Source: an uncultured Demequina sp.
GTDB taxonomy: Bacteria; Actinomycetota; Actinomycetes; Actinomycetales; Demequinaceae
DNA length: 59,443 bases
Assembly (NCBI RefSeq): GCF_913055775.1
Contig: NZ_CAJXJX010000001.1
Span: 1-59,443, forward strand
Direction: 5' to 3'
This document shows positions 29,949-39,067 of this stretch, one piece after another. Every line of letters starts with the position of its first letter. Position 1 is the first letter of the stretch. Under the pieces are notes generated by a model. That model was given only the letters and a program-made list of their open reading frames with translations. It did not search any database and was not told where the DNA came from. A program made the position numbers and the translations under genes.

Positions 29949-32900
29949 TCGACGTCACCTTCTTCCTCGTCGTCGTCTTCGACCAGTGCCGCGTCGCCTT
30001 GAGCGCCGGCACGTCGCAGATTCTCCTCCAACAGTCGATCGAGTACCTCGACGCGAGCGGCAGGGCTCACGGTCCAGCGTTCCATCTGACGGTAGGTGTG
30101 AAGACCGTGGTCGAGTGGAACGTCGTCCCAGCCGTAGGCCGCCATGACCGCCTCGTCGAGCTGGACGTGAATCTCTCGCATGCGCGCAACGTCAGCGTCA
30201 GCCGAGTCCACGACCGACGGGTCGTTCACGAGGTTGTAGAGCTTGGTGAGACCGAGATCGCGGCGCAGCATGATCTCGCGGCGCTCAGATTCCAACACAC
30301 GGCCAACCTCATCGAGCTCATCCGTCGACTCGGGCCGGGGGAAAGTCTCAAAGACGTCCGATGGCGTATAGCGCAGATCCTTGCGCATGGTGGTGCCGTA
30401 TTTTGATACCCACAACTGATGAAGGGAACTGCTGACTACCGCCTGGAACGCCCGAGACTCGGTCGCAAACACAATGAGCGCGTGGCTCGGAACGATTCCC
30501 GCGGATGCTCGCACGGGCATTAGGGTATTACTCGTCTGCGCAATCGCCACGTATTCGCTAAGACCTGCGATTGCCAAACGCATCTTTGCTCGACTTCGAA
30601 GAAACTGCCACCATGGCACTGATCCCGTCGATTTGGTCTTCTTTGCCCGATCAGGACGTACCATCCTGTCCAGCCGCATGAACGGCTCCTTGAAACACTC
30701 CGCTTCGCTCAATGTGCGGTCTCGCATGTCAATGACCCAACGCGACGGCGCACTGTCAGGTCGGGAGTTGAGATCGTCGCCGTTTAGGTAGGGCCGGACT
30801 ACTTCTCGGTTCTTTGGATCCGCCTTGATTAGCGCTTCCGCTTCGCTCGGGTCGAGCACAAAGCCGTCGCCAAAAACGATGCACCCCTGAAACGCGATGC
30901 CAGAATTCTCGCTCAGACGCGCGGGTCTCGCATCAATTCGCCCCGCGGCCTCGAGCAAGGATGAAATGCGTCGGACCTCCAGGCCGTCAGCGAATCTCGA
31001 CACCAGCTCCGAGACCGCGCCATCGCTCCCCCACAAAGCCGCGTACTCCAGGTTTGCACTCTTGGCAGGCCACGCGCGCGACTGGACACAACGTGCGATC
31101 GTGAAACCCGACGACACCAACTGATCGAGTCCGACTTCTCGCGTGTCCCCTTGCGCCACCGTATTTGTCGCAATAAGACCCAATGAGCCGTGAGGAGAGG
31201 CCAGCGAATGTGCACGTAGCAGGAAGTAGGCAACGAGGTCAGCGGATCCGCGAGTTCCGCCAGCGAGTACGTTTACGAACCAGTCGCGGACTCTGGCACC
31301 AACAGCAGCCGTCAGCTTCTGCCCGCCAAGAAATGGCGGATTGCCGATGACCGCGTCGAAGCCGCCGCGCTCCATGACGTCCGGCACGGCGAGCGGCCAA
31401 TGGAGAGGCTTCCAGCGCTCGTAGTCCGTCTCGACCTCGGGCGTGAGCCCCACGTCGACGATGGAGTCGAGCATCGTGGAGTCTCCTCCACCCGCGCCAT
31501 AAGCACGGTCGACAGCGATGCGAAGGCTCTCGTACGCCTCGTTCAGCTTCTTGCCTGGCTTGCCGCCGAGTGGAAGCCCTGCGGCGATGATCCCGTCCGC
31601 GACGTGCGCAAGTTGCGCGACGGTCTCCTGGTACTCGTCCCAGAGGCGCCGCTTCGTGCGCGATGAGCGTTGGGGATCCGCATCGTCCACCGCCGTCGCG
31701 AGGTTGCGCCGCAGGTCGACCGCACGACGAATCGTCGCATCCACGTCGAGCGACTCCACGTAGCCCGCTTCATCCCCTTCGGCCGCCCAGAGGAGGCCGG
31801 CGTGCTGGCTGCGCGACCGGGAAGCGACCGCATCGGGATCAATGTGCAGCGCCTCGAGCTGCTTCGTCGACGTGATGCCCAGGAGCGAGTTGCCATGCAA
31901 CACCTTGTCGTCCACGAAGGAGAACGGCAGGTCCGGGTCGAGCGAGACAAGCCACAGTGAGATCTTGCACATCTCGACTGCCATGCCGTTGATGTCAGCG
32001 CCGTACAGGCAGCGCGCGACCACCTGGCGGCGCGCTCTCACGCGGAGGTGCTCGGCCTGAGCGGATGCAACACCCTCATCCGTCCACGCCTCGATCACCT
32101 TGTCGGCGAGGTACTCCGCAGCCGAGACAAGAAACGCTCCAGAGCCGCAGGCGATGTCCGCGACCTTCAGATTGAGGATCTGATCCGAGGAGAGGAGGCG
32201 CCACTCGTCCCTGTTGGGCGTCTGATACGGCCCAGGCTGGTAGACCACGGGCTCGAGCGCGTGCAGCACTACTTCTCGCGCGAGGTCCTTGGGCGTGTAG
32301 TGCGCGCCTGACGTTGCTCGAGACGGCGTCTCGGCGACGATAAGGCCACCTACCGGAATGACCACCATGCGGTCACGGAGGTCGCGGCGGACAGCCCCAG
32401 CGAATGGTCGCAGACGGTCGCGCAGGACCAGGTCGCGCGTCACTGCCACGAGCGCCCTCTCGGCGTCGTCGTCAATGTCGGCTGCGAGTGCCTTTGCCAG
32501 AGCGGCTCCTGAGGGCGCCTTCGCCGCCGGCTGAGAAGCCTTGACCCATGCGAGCACGCTCTGGGAAAGCTTCTTGAGGTCGGGGCTCTCCGCGGCCAGG
32601 CCCTCCATCGTCTCAAGGGGGATCTCCGGTTCCTCACCTTCGCGTCCGAGCAGGCCCAGCGTCGTCTCATCGACCTCCCGCGCCGTATAGCCGAGCAGAC
32701 CCTCGTAGATGTAGCCGATCTGCTCGACATCCACGTCTCGGAACGAGACCGGACGCCGCTGACCGCCGATGGTGGCGTACTGCAGTGCCCGGAGCACTTC
32801 AAGCATGACGCGGTCGGAGACGGTCACGGCAAGGGCCCCGACCTCGTCGCGGGACTCGAGGAACTCAAACCTCGACGGGTCGAACAGGGACCCGCCGTAT

Positions 32901-34009
32901 GAGGGAAGCCGCATGTCTTCAGCACTGACGCCCTCGTATAGGGCACGCGAGGTCGCCAGAAGCCGGTGCCAGGTGTCGCTTGTCGCGTCGAGCGACTCGG
33001 CGTCTTCGTGGTTGAGGCGCCGTTCGAGGGCTCGCAACTGGCCGCCCATACCGTAACCATCGACGTAGAGCGCGGACTGCGGCATCATGGCGCGGTCCTC
33101 GGCGAAGAGCAGGAACACGACGCGCATCATCACCGTCACCGCCGCGTCATAGACGCGATGGCGATCCGCGGGCAGCGGATCCGGCTTGCCCGTCTCACGC
33201 GCTGACAGCAGTCCGTCCGAGAAGGCGCCCACCAGCAGTTCGACCGCCCGGCGCACCTGAGTGCCCAGGGCGACCGTGAGGTCCTCAGCTGCTGTCACCG
33301 AGTCCGCGAAAATGGCGGCCGTTCGCTCCTCGGGCTTGCCTCCTGCGAGTCGGATGGGGCTCAGGAGCGCGAGGAACCCGTCGCGCACGTCTGGCTCCTC
33401 GATCCACGTTTGGGCGTCGACGATTCCGGACGCCACCAGGGCATCCTCCGGCGCGCTGACAAGACCCCACCATCGGCCGTCCGTGACGACCCCGACGGGC
33501 ACCTTGTTCTCTCGCAACAGGTGTTCCATGCGATCGATGGGGCTCGCCGCCCAGCCATCGGTTCCTGGCTCGCGCAGGTTTGTGGCCGCGTCGACGGCTA
33601 GAACGAGCATGTGCGCCGAGCCTTCTCGCGAGAAGGCGAGCGTGGGAGCCACTGAGACGGAGCCGTCTGGAGACTCGATGGGCTTCAGGTGAGGCGAGGA
33701 TGCTGCGTCAACCAGATGGGTGCCCCACCCCGCTGTCGACTCGAGAACTACCCTGACCCACGCGTCCCGGGCGTCGCGGTACGAGACTGCCGCGCCCTCC
33801 GCTGAGGGGTCGCTCGTGTGCGCGTCCCACGTACGCTCAAACTGCGGCTTCGCGTCGCGAAGCGCGGCCTTGGCACCGTCGTCCATGGCCGGAACGCCTT
33901 GCGGCCACACCTTGCGCAATGCGGGGACGGACACGAAAGGTCCGTCGCGATCGACCAACTCGAGCCACTCGCGATAGCGCTGGGCAACCGGCTTCACAGG
34001 CGGCTTCAT
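29945..34009 (-). CDS. drmMI: DISARM class I adenine methyltransferase DrmMI (Eco57I-like)
   Basis: GAHYTP, DIACGSGAFL (SAM binding), GNPPF catalytic motif, C-terminal TRD; located between drmD and drmA with ATGA/GTGA overlaps. Confidence 0.88.
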   Translation of the reverse strand: MKPPVKPVAQRYREWLELVDRDGPFVSVPALRKVWPQGVPAMDDGAKAALRDAKPQFERTWDAHTSDPSAEGAAVSYRDARDAWVRVVLESTAGWGTHLVDAASSPHLKPIESPDGSVSVAPTLAFSREGSAHMLVLAVDAATNLREPGTDGWAASPIDRMEHLLRENKVPVGVVTDGRWWGLVSAPEDALVASGIVDAQTWIEEPDVRDGFLALLSPIRLAGGKPEERTAAIFADSVTAAEDLTVALGTQVRRAVELLVGAFSDGLLSARETGKPDPLPADRHRVYDAAVTVMMRVVFLLFAEDRAMMPQSALYVDGYGMGGQLRALERRLNHEDAESLDATSDTWHRLLATSRALYEGVSAEDMRLPSYGGSLFDPSRFEFLESRDEVGALAVTVSDRVMLEVLRALQYATIGGQRRPVSFRDVDVEQIGYIYEGLLGYTAREVDETTLGLLGREGEEPEIPLETMEGLAAESPDLKKLSQSVLAWVKASQPAAKAPSGAALAKALAADIDDDAERALVAVTRDLVLRDRLRPFAGAVRRDLRDRMVVIPVGGLIVAETPSRATSGAHYTPKDLAREVVLHALEPVVYQPGPYQTPNRDEWRLLSSDQILNLKVADIACGSGAFLVSAAEYLADKVIEAWTDEGVASAQAEHLRVRARRQVVARCLYGADINGMAVEMCKISLWLVSLDPDLPFSFVDDKVLHGNSLLGITSTKQLEALHIDPDAVASRSRSQHAGLLWAAEGDEAGYVESLDVDATIRRAVDLRRNLATAVDDADPQRSSRTKRRLWDEYQETVAQLAHVADGIIAAGLPLGGKPGKKLNEAYESLRIAVDRAYGAGGGDSTMLDSIVDVGLTPEVETDYERWKPLHWPLAVPDVMERGGFDAVIGNPPFLGGQKLTAAVGARVRDWFVNVLAGGTRGSADLVAYFLLRAHSLASPHGSLGLIATNTVAQGDTREVGLDQLVSSGFTIARCVQSRAWPAKSANLEYAALWGSDGAVSELVSRFADGLEVRRISSLLEAAGRIDARPARLSENSGIAFQGCIVFGDGFVLDPSEAEALIKADPKNREVVRPYLNGDDLNSRPDSAPSRWVIDMRDRTLSEAECFKEPFMRLDRMVRPDRAKKTKSTGSVPWWQFLRSRAKMRLAIAGLSEYVAIAQTSNTLMPVRASAGIVPSHALIVFATESRAFQAVVSSSLHQLWVSKYGTTMRKDLRYTPSDVFETFPRPESTDELDEVGRVLESERREIMLRRDLGLTKLYNLVNDPSVVDSADADVARMREIHVQLDEAVMAAYGWDDVPLDHGLHTYRQMERWTVSPAARVEVLDRLLEENLRRAGAQGDAALVEDDDEEEGDVE

Positions 34010-37000
34010 GACACCCTCCCTGCCGCCGCATCGGCCGGCGTCAGCGCGAACACGACGGCCGCCGCAGAGACGTACGGCTGCACATCCACGTACCGCGCCC
34101 GAAGCTCGGCGATCTCTCGCGCTTCCTCGTCGGCTAGTTCGTTGAGTCGCCGCTCAATCGACTCGATGTCCTTGCGGTACTGGCGCAACTGGTCGGGGTT
34201 CATCGAGAACAGGGCCTCGCGCTCCTCCTCGAGCGAGCGCCGCATCGTCGCCACGGACTCTTGCAAGTTGAGCCGGAATGCGCCATAGATTTGCTCCGCG
34301 CGCGCGATGTCCGCGGCCTCGCGCTTCTCAAGGTCGCTACTCACGCTCTCGCGCCGCGCATCGGCCCGGCGATGCATCGCGTTTTCCAAACGCGTCCGCA
34401 AACGCCCTCCCTCGGCAGTCCATAGCTGCGAGACGTGACTGCGAAGGTCTGCGTCGGCGAGCGTGAGATCCGGGTCGTCCAAGGTGCGTTCGAGCAGCGC
34501 CTCGACCTTCGCCTCCGCGAGCGCCTGACCTCGCAGACGTACGCCCGCGAGGAAGACCTCCTCATGAAGGCGGAGACCCCCGCGACCCACGAGTACGAGA
34601 CGGCTCGCGGCGGCGACGCAGGACTCCTCGAGATCGTCGACCACCACGGCCGTGACGCGGTTCATGGCGGCGTCGGCGCTGAAGAGCGATGCCCGCAGGG
34701 TTCGCGACGCCTTCCGCATGAGCGCATGACCCAGGTGCACCCGCACGATGGTCTCGTCGGGATCGTCCTCAGCGATGTCGTCTGCGAACGTGATGGGACG
34801 GAGCGTGTCCGGCTGCAGGCGCGTGGCGAGCCCTGACGTCGCGTTCTGCCAGCCGCGAGCCAACGGAGGGAGCTCGAATACCTCAGCGTCTGTCAGGTCA
34901 CTGCCGACCTCGCGAAGCGCAGGCTGCGCGGTCACGGCGAGGGCTGTGTCGACGACCCTCCTGCCGTTAGACGCAGTGAGGTGCATGCGCTCCTTCTGAG
35001 AGTCGAAGGTGCGAGCCAGTTGCGTGAGTTCTCGATTGAGCTGGGCGCTGCCCGCCATCGCGCGGTTGACGGCTTGGGTGTTCTTGTCCGCACCCGCCTT
35101 TTCCGTTGCTATCGCGATGCTGCCGAAGTGACCCTGAATGTCAGAGTCGATGACGGGGTTCACGGAACCGAGGTCACCCGCAATGGTGGACACCTTCTCG
35201 GCGACGCGCCGCATGAAGTCCATGTCTGCGGCATACGTCGCTGCGGTCGACTCGGGCAAGAACTGGAAGATCTGCGGAGTTTCGGTCTGTCCGTACCGGT
35301 CGATGCGGCCGATGCGCTGCTCGAGCCGCGACGGGTTGAACGGGACATCGAAGTTGACGAGACGATGGCAGTGATTCTGAAGGTCGATGCCCTCGCCTGC
35401 CGAGTCGGTGGCGACGAGCACGCGAATGGGATCCTGGGCGGGATTGGCGGTGAAACGCGCGCGCACGTCGGCGCGTTCCTCCGCATCCGTCGAGCCCTGG
35501 ATGACTCCCAGGCGAGACTCGTCGTATCCGCGCTGCCGGAGGTTGCTGACGATCCACTCGAGCGTGGAAGCGTACTCCGTGAAGATCACCACGCGCTCGT
35601 TGGACCAGTGAGGCTGGGCCGGGCGACAGATGGCGTCGAGCCACTCGATCAGGGCGCTCAGGCGGGAGTCCGGCTTGTGCTCGTACGACAGGCCCCATGC
35701 GCTGAGTGTCGCGATCTGCTCCGGCGTCGCCGCGACCAAGGGATTGTTGCCCTTCGACTTGCGGAGGGCATCGAACTCCGGGTGCTCGACGGCGCCCTCT
35801 TCCTCGTCGCTCTGGCTGCTCCCTAGGACTTCCAGGTAGTAGTCATCCTCCGGTTCCCACTCCGAGCTCCCTGTTGCGGCTTGGGCGTAGAGACTCAGCG
35901 TGGACGCGAACGCGTACGGACTCGACAGGAAACGCTTCTTGAGCAGCATCGACACGATGTCGCCGCCGCGCTTCGTGTCGTTGGCGCGTGCACTCTCGGT
36001 CAAGATGCTGTCGAGCGTTTCGAACGCCTCCGCCTCGTCATCAGAGGGGCTGAAGGTGATCGTCTTGACTTCGCGCTTGCGGAAGTTCTTCTCCGCGATG
36101 TCGCGCTTGAGTCGGCGCACGGTGACCTCGGCGAGAGCCTTCTCGTCGACGAGTGCGCCGCGGCTGAAGCGGCGGTCGTCGACCATCTCGAGGAGAGCGG
36201 TGAACGACTCGGTGTGCCCGTTGTGCGGCGTGGCGCTGAGGAACAGGCGATGCTCGCATTGCTTCGCTAGCGCGCGTACCGCTCTCGTGCGCTGGCTGTC
36301 CACTGCGTAGCCGCGAGCCTGGCCAACCCGCGACGGGCTCGAGGGCGCGGCATGGTGAGCCTCGTCGACTACGAGGATGTCGAACGCGTAACGCCGCGCT
36401 GAGTTTTCGATGCCGACGTCGCTCAGGACGTCGCGCACCAGGCGCTGGGCACGCAGGCCGGGGAGCCACGCCATGCTGATGATGACCCGGGGGAAGAGCT
36501 TGAGCGGGTTGGCCCCGAGCCCGTGGGTGCGGCGGACCTCTGCCATGAGCTCGCTGTTGACGATGACGAAGTCGAGACCGAACTTGTCCCGCATCTCCTC
36601 CTGCCACTTGGTGGCGAGGCTCGGAGGACACACGACCGCCACGGAGCGGGCCCGGTGACGGAGCAGGAGCTCCTGGATGACGAGACCGGCCTCGATGGTC
36701 TTTCCGAGGCCCACGTCATCTGCGAGCAGCAGGTTGGCGCGCGGTGCCTGAAGCGCCCTCCGCAGTGGCTCGAGTTGGTAGGCCTCGACGTTTGCGCCAG
36801 AACGGAAGGGAGCTTGGAAGGCCGAGGGGTTCGCGGTGGTGACCGCTCCCCACCGCACAGCGTCTACGTATGCCGCGAGCATGTTGGGGTCATCGAAGCC
36901 GTCTTCGGAGATCACCTCCGGCAGACCTTGATCCGGCGCGATCGAATGACCGACCTCGAGTTCCCAAACCACGTCGAGTTCCTCGCCCAGGCGGTCTTCC

Positions 37001-37158
37001 GCGAGGGACTGGAGCGACACCACGTGGTTGAGGCGCGGCCGACCGTCGTCTGCAGGGCTGCGTGGCAACGCCTGTTCTCGCACGTCGGAGACGGCCCAGA
37101 CCTCTCCGCGGACGTCAACGATCTGGCCGGGCTCTGGCGTGGTAGGTACGGCAGTCAA
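34006..37158 (-). CDS. drmD: DISARM SNF2-like helicase DrmD
   Basis: YQLEP, LLADDVGLGKT, DEAHH, LSATPHNG, EGIDLQ and RLEQRIGRIDR motifs; TTG start with AGGGAAG RBS and a TAGTCT -10 candidate at 37211-37216. Confidence 0.92.
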   Translation of the reverse strand: MTAVPTTPEPGQIVDVRGEVWAVSDVREQALPRSPADDGRPRLNHVVSLQSLAEDRLGEELDVVWELEVGHSIAPDQGLPEVISEDGFDDPNMLAAYVDAVRWGAVTTANPSAFQAPFRSGANVEAYQLEPLRRALQAPRANLLLADDVGLGKTIEAGLVIQELLLRHRARSVAVVCPPSLATKWQEEMRDKFGLDFVIVNSELMAEVRRTHGLGANPLKLFPRVIISMAWLPGLRAQRLVRDVLSDVGIENSARRYAFDILVVDEAHHAAPSSPSRVGQARGYAVDSQRTRAVRALAKQCEHRLFLSATPHNGHTESFTALLEMVDDRRFSRGALVDEKALAEVTVRRLKRDIAEKNFRKREVKTITFSPSDDEAEAFETLDSILTESARANDTKRGGDIVSMLLKKRFLSSPYAFASTLSLYAQAATGSSEWEPEDDYYLEVLGSSQSDEEEGAVEHPEFDALRKSKGNNPLVAATPEQIATLSAWGLSYEHKPDSRLSALIEWLDAICRPAQPHWSNERVVIFTEYASTLEWIVSNLRQRGYDESRLGVIQGSTDAEERADVRARFTANPAQDPIRVLVATDSAGEGIDLQNHCHRLVNFDVPFNPSRLEQRIGRIDRYGQTETPQIFQFLPESTAATYAADMDFMRRVAEKVSTIAGDLGSVNPVIDSDIQGHFGSIAIATEKAGADKNTQAVNRAMAGSAQLNRELTQLARTFDSQKERMHLTASNGRRVVDTALAVTAQPALREVGSDLTDAEVFELPPLARGWQNATSGLATRLQPDTLRPITFADDIAEDDPDETIVRVHLGHALMRKASRTLRASLFSADAAMNRVTAVVVDDLEESCVAAASRLVLVGRGGLRLHEEVFLAGVRLRGQALAEAKVEALLERTLDDPDLTLADADLRSHVSQLWTAEGGRLRTRLENAMHRRADARRESVSSDLEKREAADIARAEQIYGAFRLNLQESVATMRRSLEEEREALFSMNPDQLRQYRKDIESIERRLNELADEEAREIAELRARYVDVQPYVSAAAVVFALTPADAAAGRVS

Positions 37159-37262
37159 GGATCTTCCCTATCGCGAGGCAGCACGCGGGCGTGCAGTTGG
37201 AGCTTCTCGGAGACTATCGGGCGCGTCGATCCGCTGGCGAAGCCGTGTGACGCGCGTCGCAC

Positions 37263-39062
37263 TCAGGCACCTTCGCTGTGCGCTTCGGCCTCGATCATGA
37301 CGCTGTCTGGCGGCACCATGCCTCGGGTTACCATCCACTCCATCAGACGCTGAACGCCGTCGACCTTCTTCTTCGCATCCTGCGTGAGCTTCTTGCCCTG
37401 CCCGGAAGAGTCGTTGAGCTCCTCGAAGGCAAGCAGCTCGTCGGTCGCTTCGATGAGTGCATTGCCGGCAGCTACCCACTCAAAGCCCGGTGCCGTGTCG
37501 ACTCCAATGCGTTCGGCGACGAGGCGTGCCGCGAGGAGGTCTCGGAGTCCCGCGAGAACCGCCTCCGACGATTGAGCGCCGAGCGTTCTCCCGAGCGTGA
37601 CCGCGGCGCCACTCCCTACGCCGGCGACGCCACCAACCACCATCAGGCCGCCTGCGATGCCTCCCGGCCCCAAGGCCGACAGCCCTGCAAGAAAGGCTGC
37701 TCCTCCGGCAAGACCTGCAGGTGCAGCCGCGACGGCAAGAAACGGTGCTGCCACCACCGCCACACCTGCCAGAACAACTGCCGTTGCCAGCGTCGCGACG
37801 CGCTTGACTGCCCGTCCCTGTTCCTCCCCAACTGTCTTGACCTCGTCGACCGCACTCTCGACGATGTCGACGTAATTCTCGAGAATGCCAAAATCCATCG
37901 CTACTTGGCGACGCACTCCGGGCGCGACTTTGGAGTAGTCCACGCTGAATGGCAGTAAGGGATCCACTCGATAAAGGTGGACCAAGAACATCGGGATCTG
38001 TTCCGGAGCAACCCTGCCGTGCAGCCAAGGCTTCATGTCTCGGTCGAGGTCATTGAAGATCGGCCGCGACCCAGAATCCTCTGCGGCCTTCAGCGCCTGC
38101 GAGGCCAACCACTCGCGTATACCACGGACACGTTCCCGCTTGTCTTTAGCGCCTCGCTGAGGCGAAGTCTGCAGAGCCATCTCAATGCGGTAGGAGTGCT
38201 GCATCGTGACAGCGGTCAGGAGGTCGCTGCCCGACCACTCGTCCCGATCGGGACCTTCCCTAGACGGCACGACCCCGCGCTCTCGGACACCATAGAGGGC
38301 GTTGCCGATCTCCCTGCAAATCTGCGGCTGCTGCAGCGCATGCGCAACGCCGTGGTCCCTGAATCGCCCATTGAGCGCAAGATTGACAGCCTCCGGGATC
38401 GGGCCGCCAATCCCGCCCGCGTTCGGCACGAAGTCCAACGAGTTGTACACGTTGACCCACGCTTCCACCGCCGCAAGGTTCGCGTGCTTGTACGACTTCT
38501 CTGCGAACTTTCTGAAGGTTTGGCGCCCGAGCGGCGAGCCGAGAGTCAGGAGCAGCTTGATATTCATGCGCTCCGGAAGTTGACCGAGCAATTCCAACGC
38601 GACCGCGGTCCCAAGAGAGTGCGCGATAACGACCCAGTCACCTTCAGCGTTTCCGAGGCCGTGGAGTACACGCCTGATGATAGTTGGATGGCTGTCGGCG
38701 GCGAGGAACGCACGTACCTGGGCAAACATCGGGAAGGCCGCCACGCTCACCTTCTCCAGCGTCGCATCGTCCAGCGGCCCTCGGCCGGGAGCAAACCTCG
38801 CACCTGCGATGCGATGCGCCACCACGCTTTGCCGCGCAGCGAAGTCAGATCTGGCTACACGATCAGTGGCCTCGAGCGGCAATGTCCCTTCATCGCCGGC
38901 GCCGGTCGAGAGCAGATCGTCGTAGTGCGGTTCCACGGCATCCGTCAACTCAACGGGCGAACGCTGGCAGTCCGCCAGCGCCTCATTCAATGGCGTGCGC
39001 CAGTCCACTACCTCAGCACTATTGATTCCGTGCAGGAAAAGCACCCTCACTTGCTCTGCCAT
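37263..39062 (-). CDS. Uncharacterised alpha/beta-hydrolase (lipase-like) with a C-terminal Gly/Ala-rich hydrophobic hairpin
   Basis: FLHGI oxyanion motif, AHSLG nucleophile, candidate Asp (LDFVP) and His (DHG); long hydrophobic stretch AVVLAGVAVVAAPFL...GLSALGPGGIAGGLMVVGG. Confidence 0.75.
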   Translation of the reverse strand: MAEQVRVLFLHGINSAEVVDWRTPLNEALADCQRSPVELTDAVEPHYDDLLSTGAGDEGTLPLEATDRVARSDFAARQSVVAHRIAGARFAPGRGPLDDATLEKVSVAAFPMFAQVRAFLAADSHPTIIRRVLHGLGNAEGDWVVIAHSLGTAVALELLGQLPERMNIKLLLTLGSPLGRQTFRKFAEKSYKHANLAAVEAWVNVYNSLDFVPNAGGIGGPIPEAVNLALNGRFRDHGVAHALQQPQICREIGNALYGVRERGVVPSREGPDRDEWSGSDLLTAVTMQHSYRIEMALQTSPQRGAKDKRERVRGIREWLASQALKAAEDSGSRPIFNDLDRDMKPWLHGRVAPEQIPMFLVHLYRVDPLLPFSVDYSKVAPGVRRQVAMDFGILENYVDIVESAVDEVKTVGEEQGRAVKRVATLATAVVLAGVAVVAAPFLAVAAAPAGLAGGAAFLAGLSALGPGGIAGGLMVVGGVAGVGSGAAVTLGRTLGAQSSEAVLAGLRDLLAARLVAERIGVDTAPGFEWVAAGNALIEATDELLAFEELNDSSGQGKKLTQDAKKKVDGVQRLMEWMVTRGMVPPDSVMIEAEAHSEGA

Positions 39063-39067
39063 GGAGG

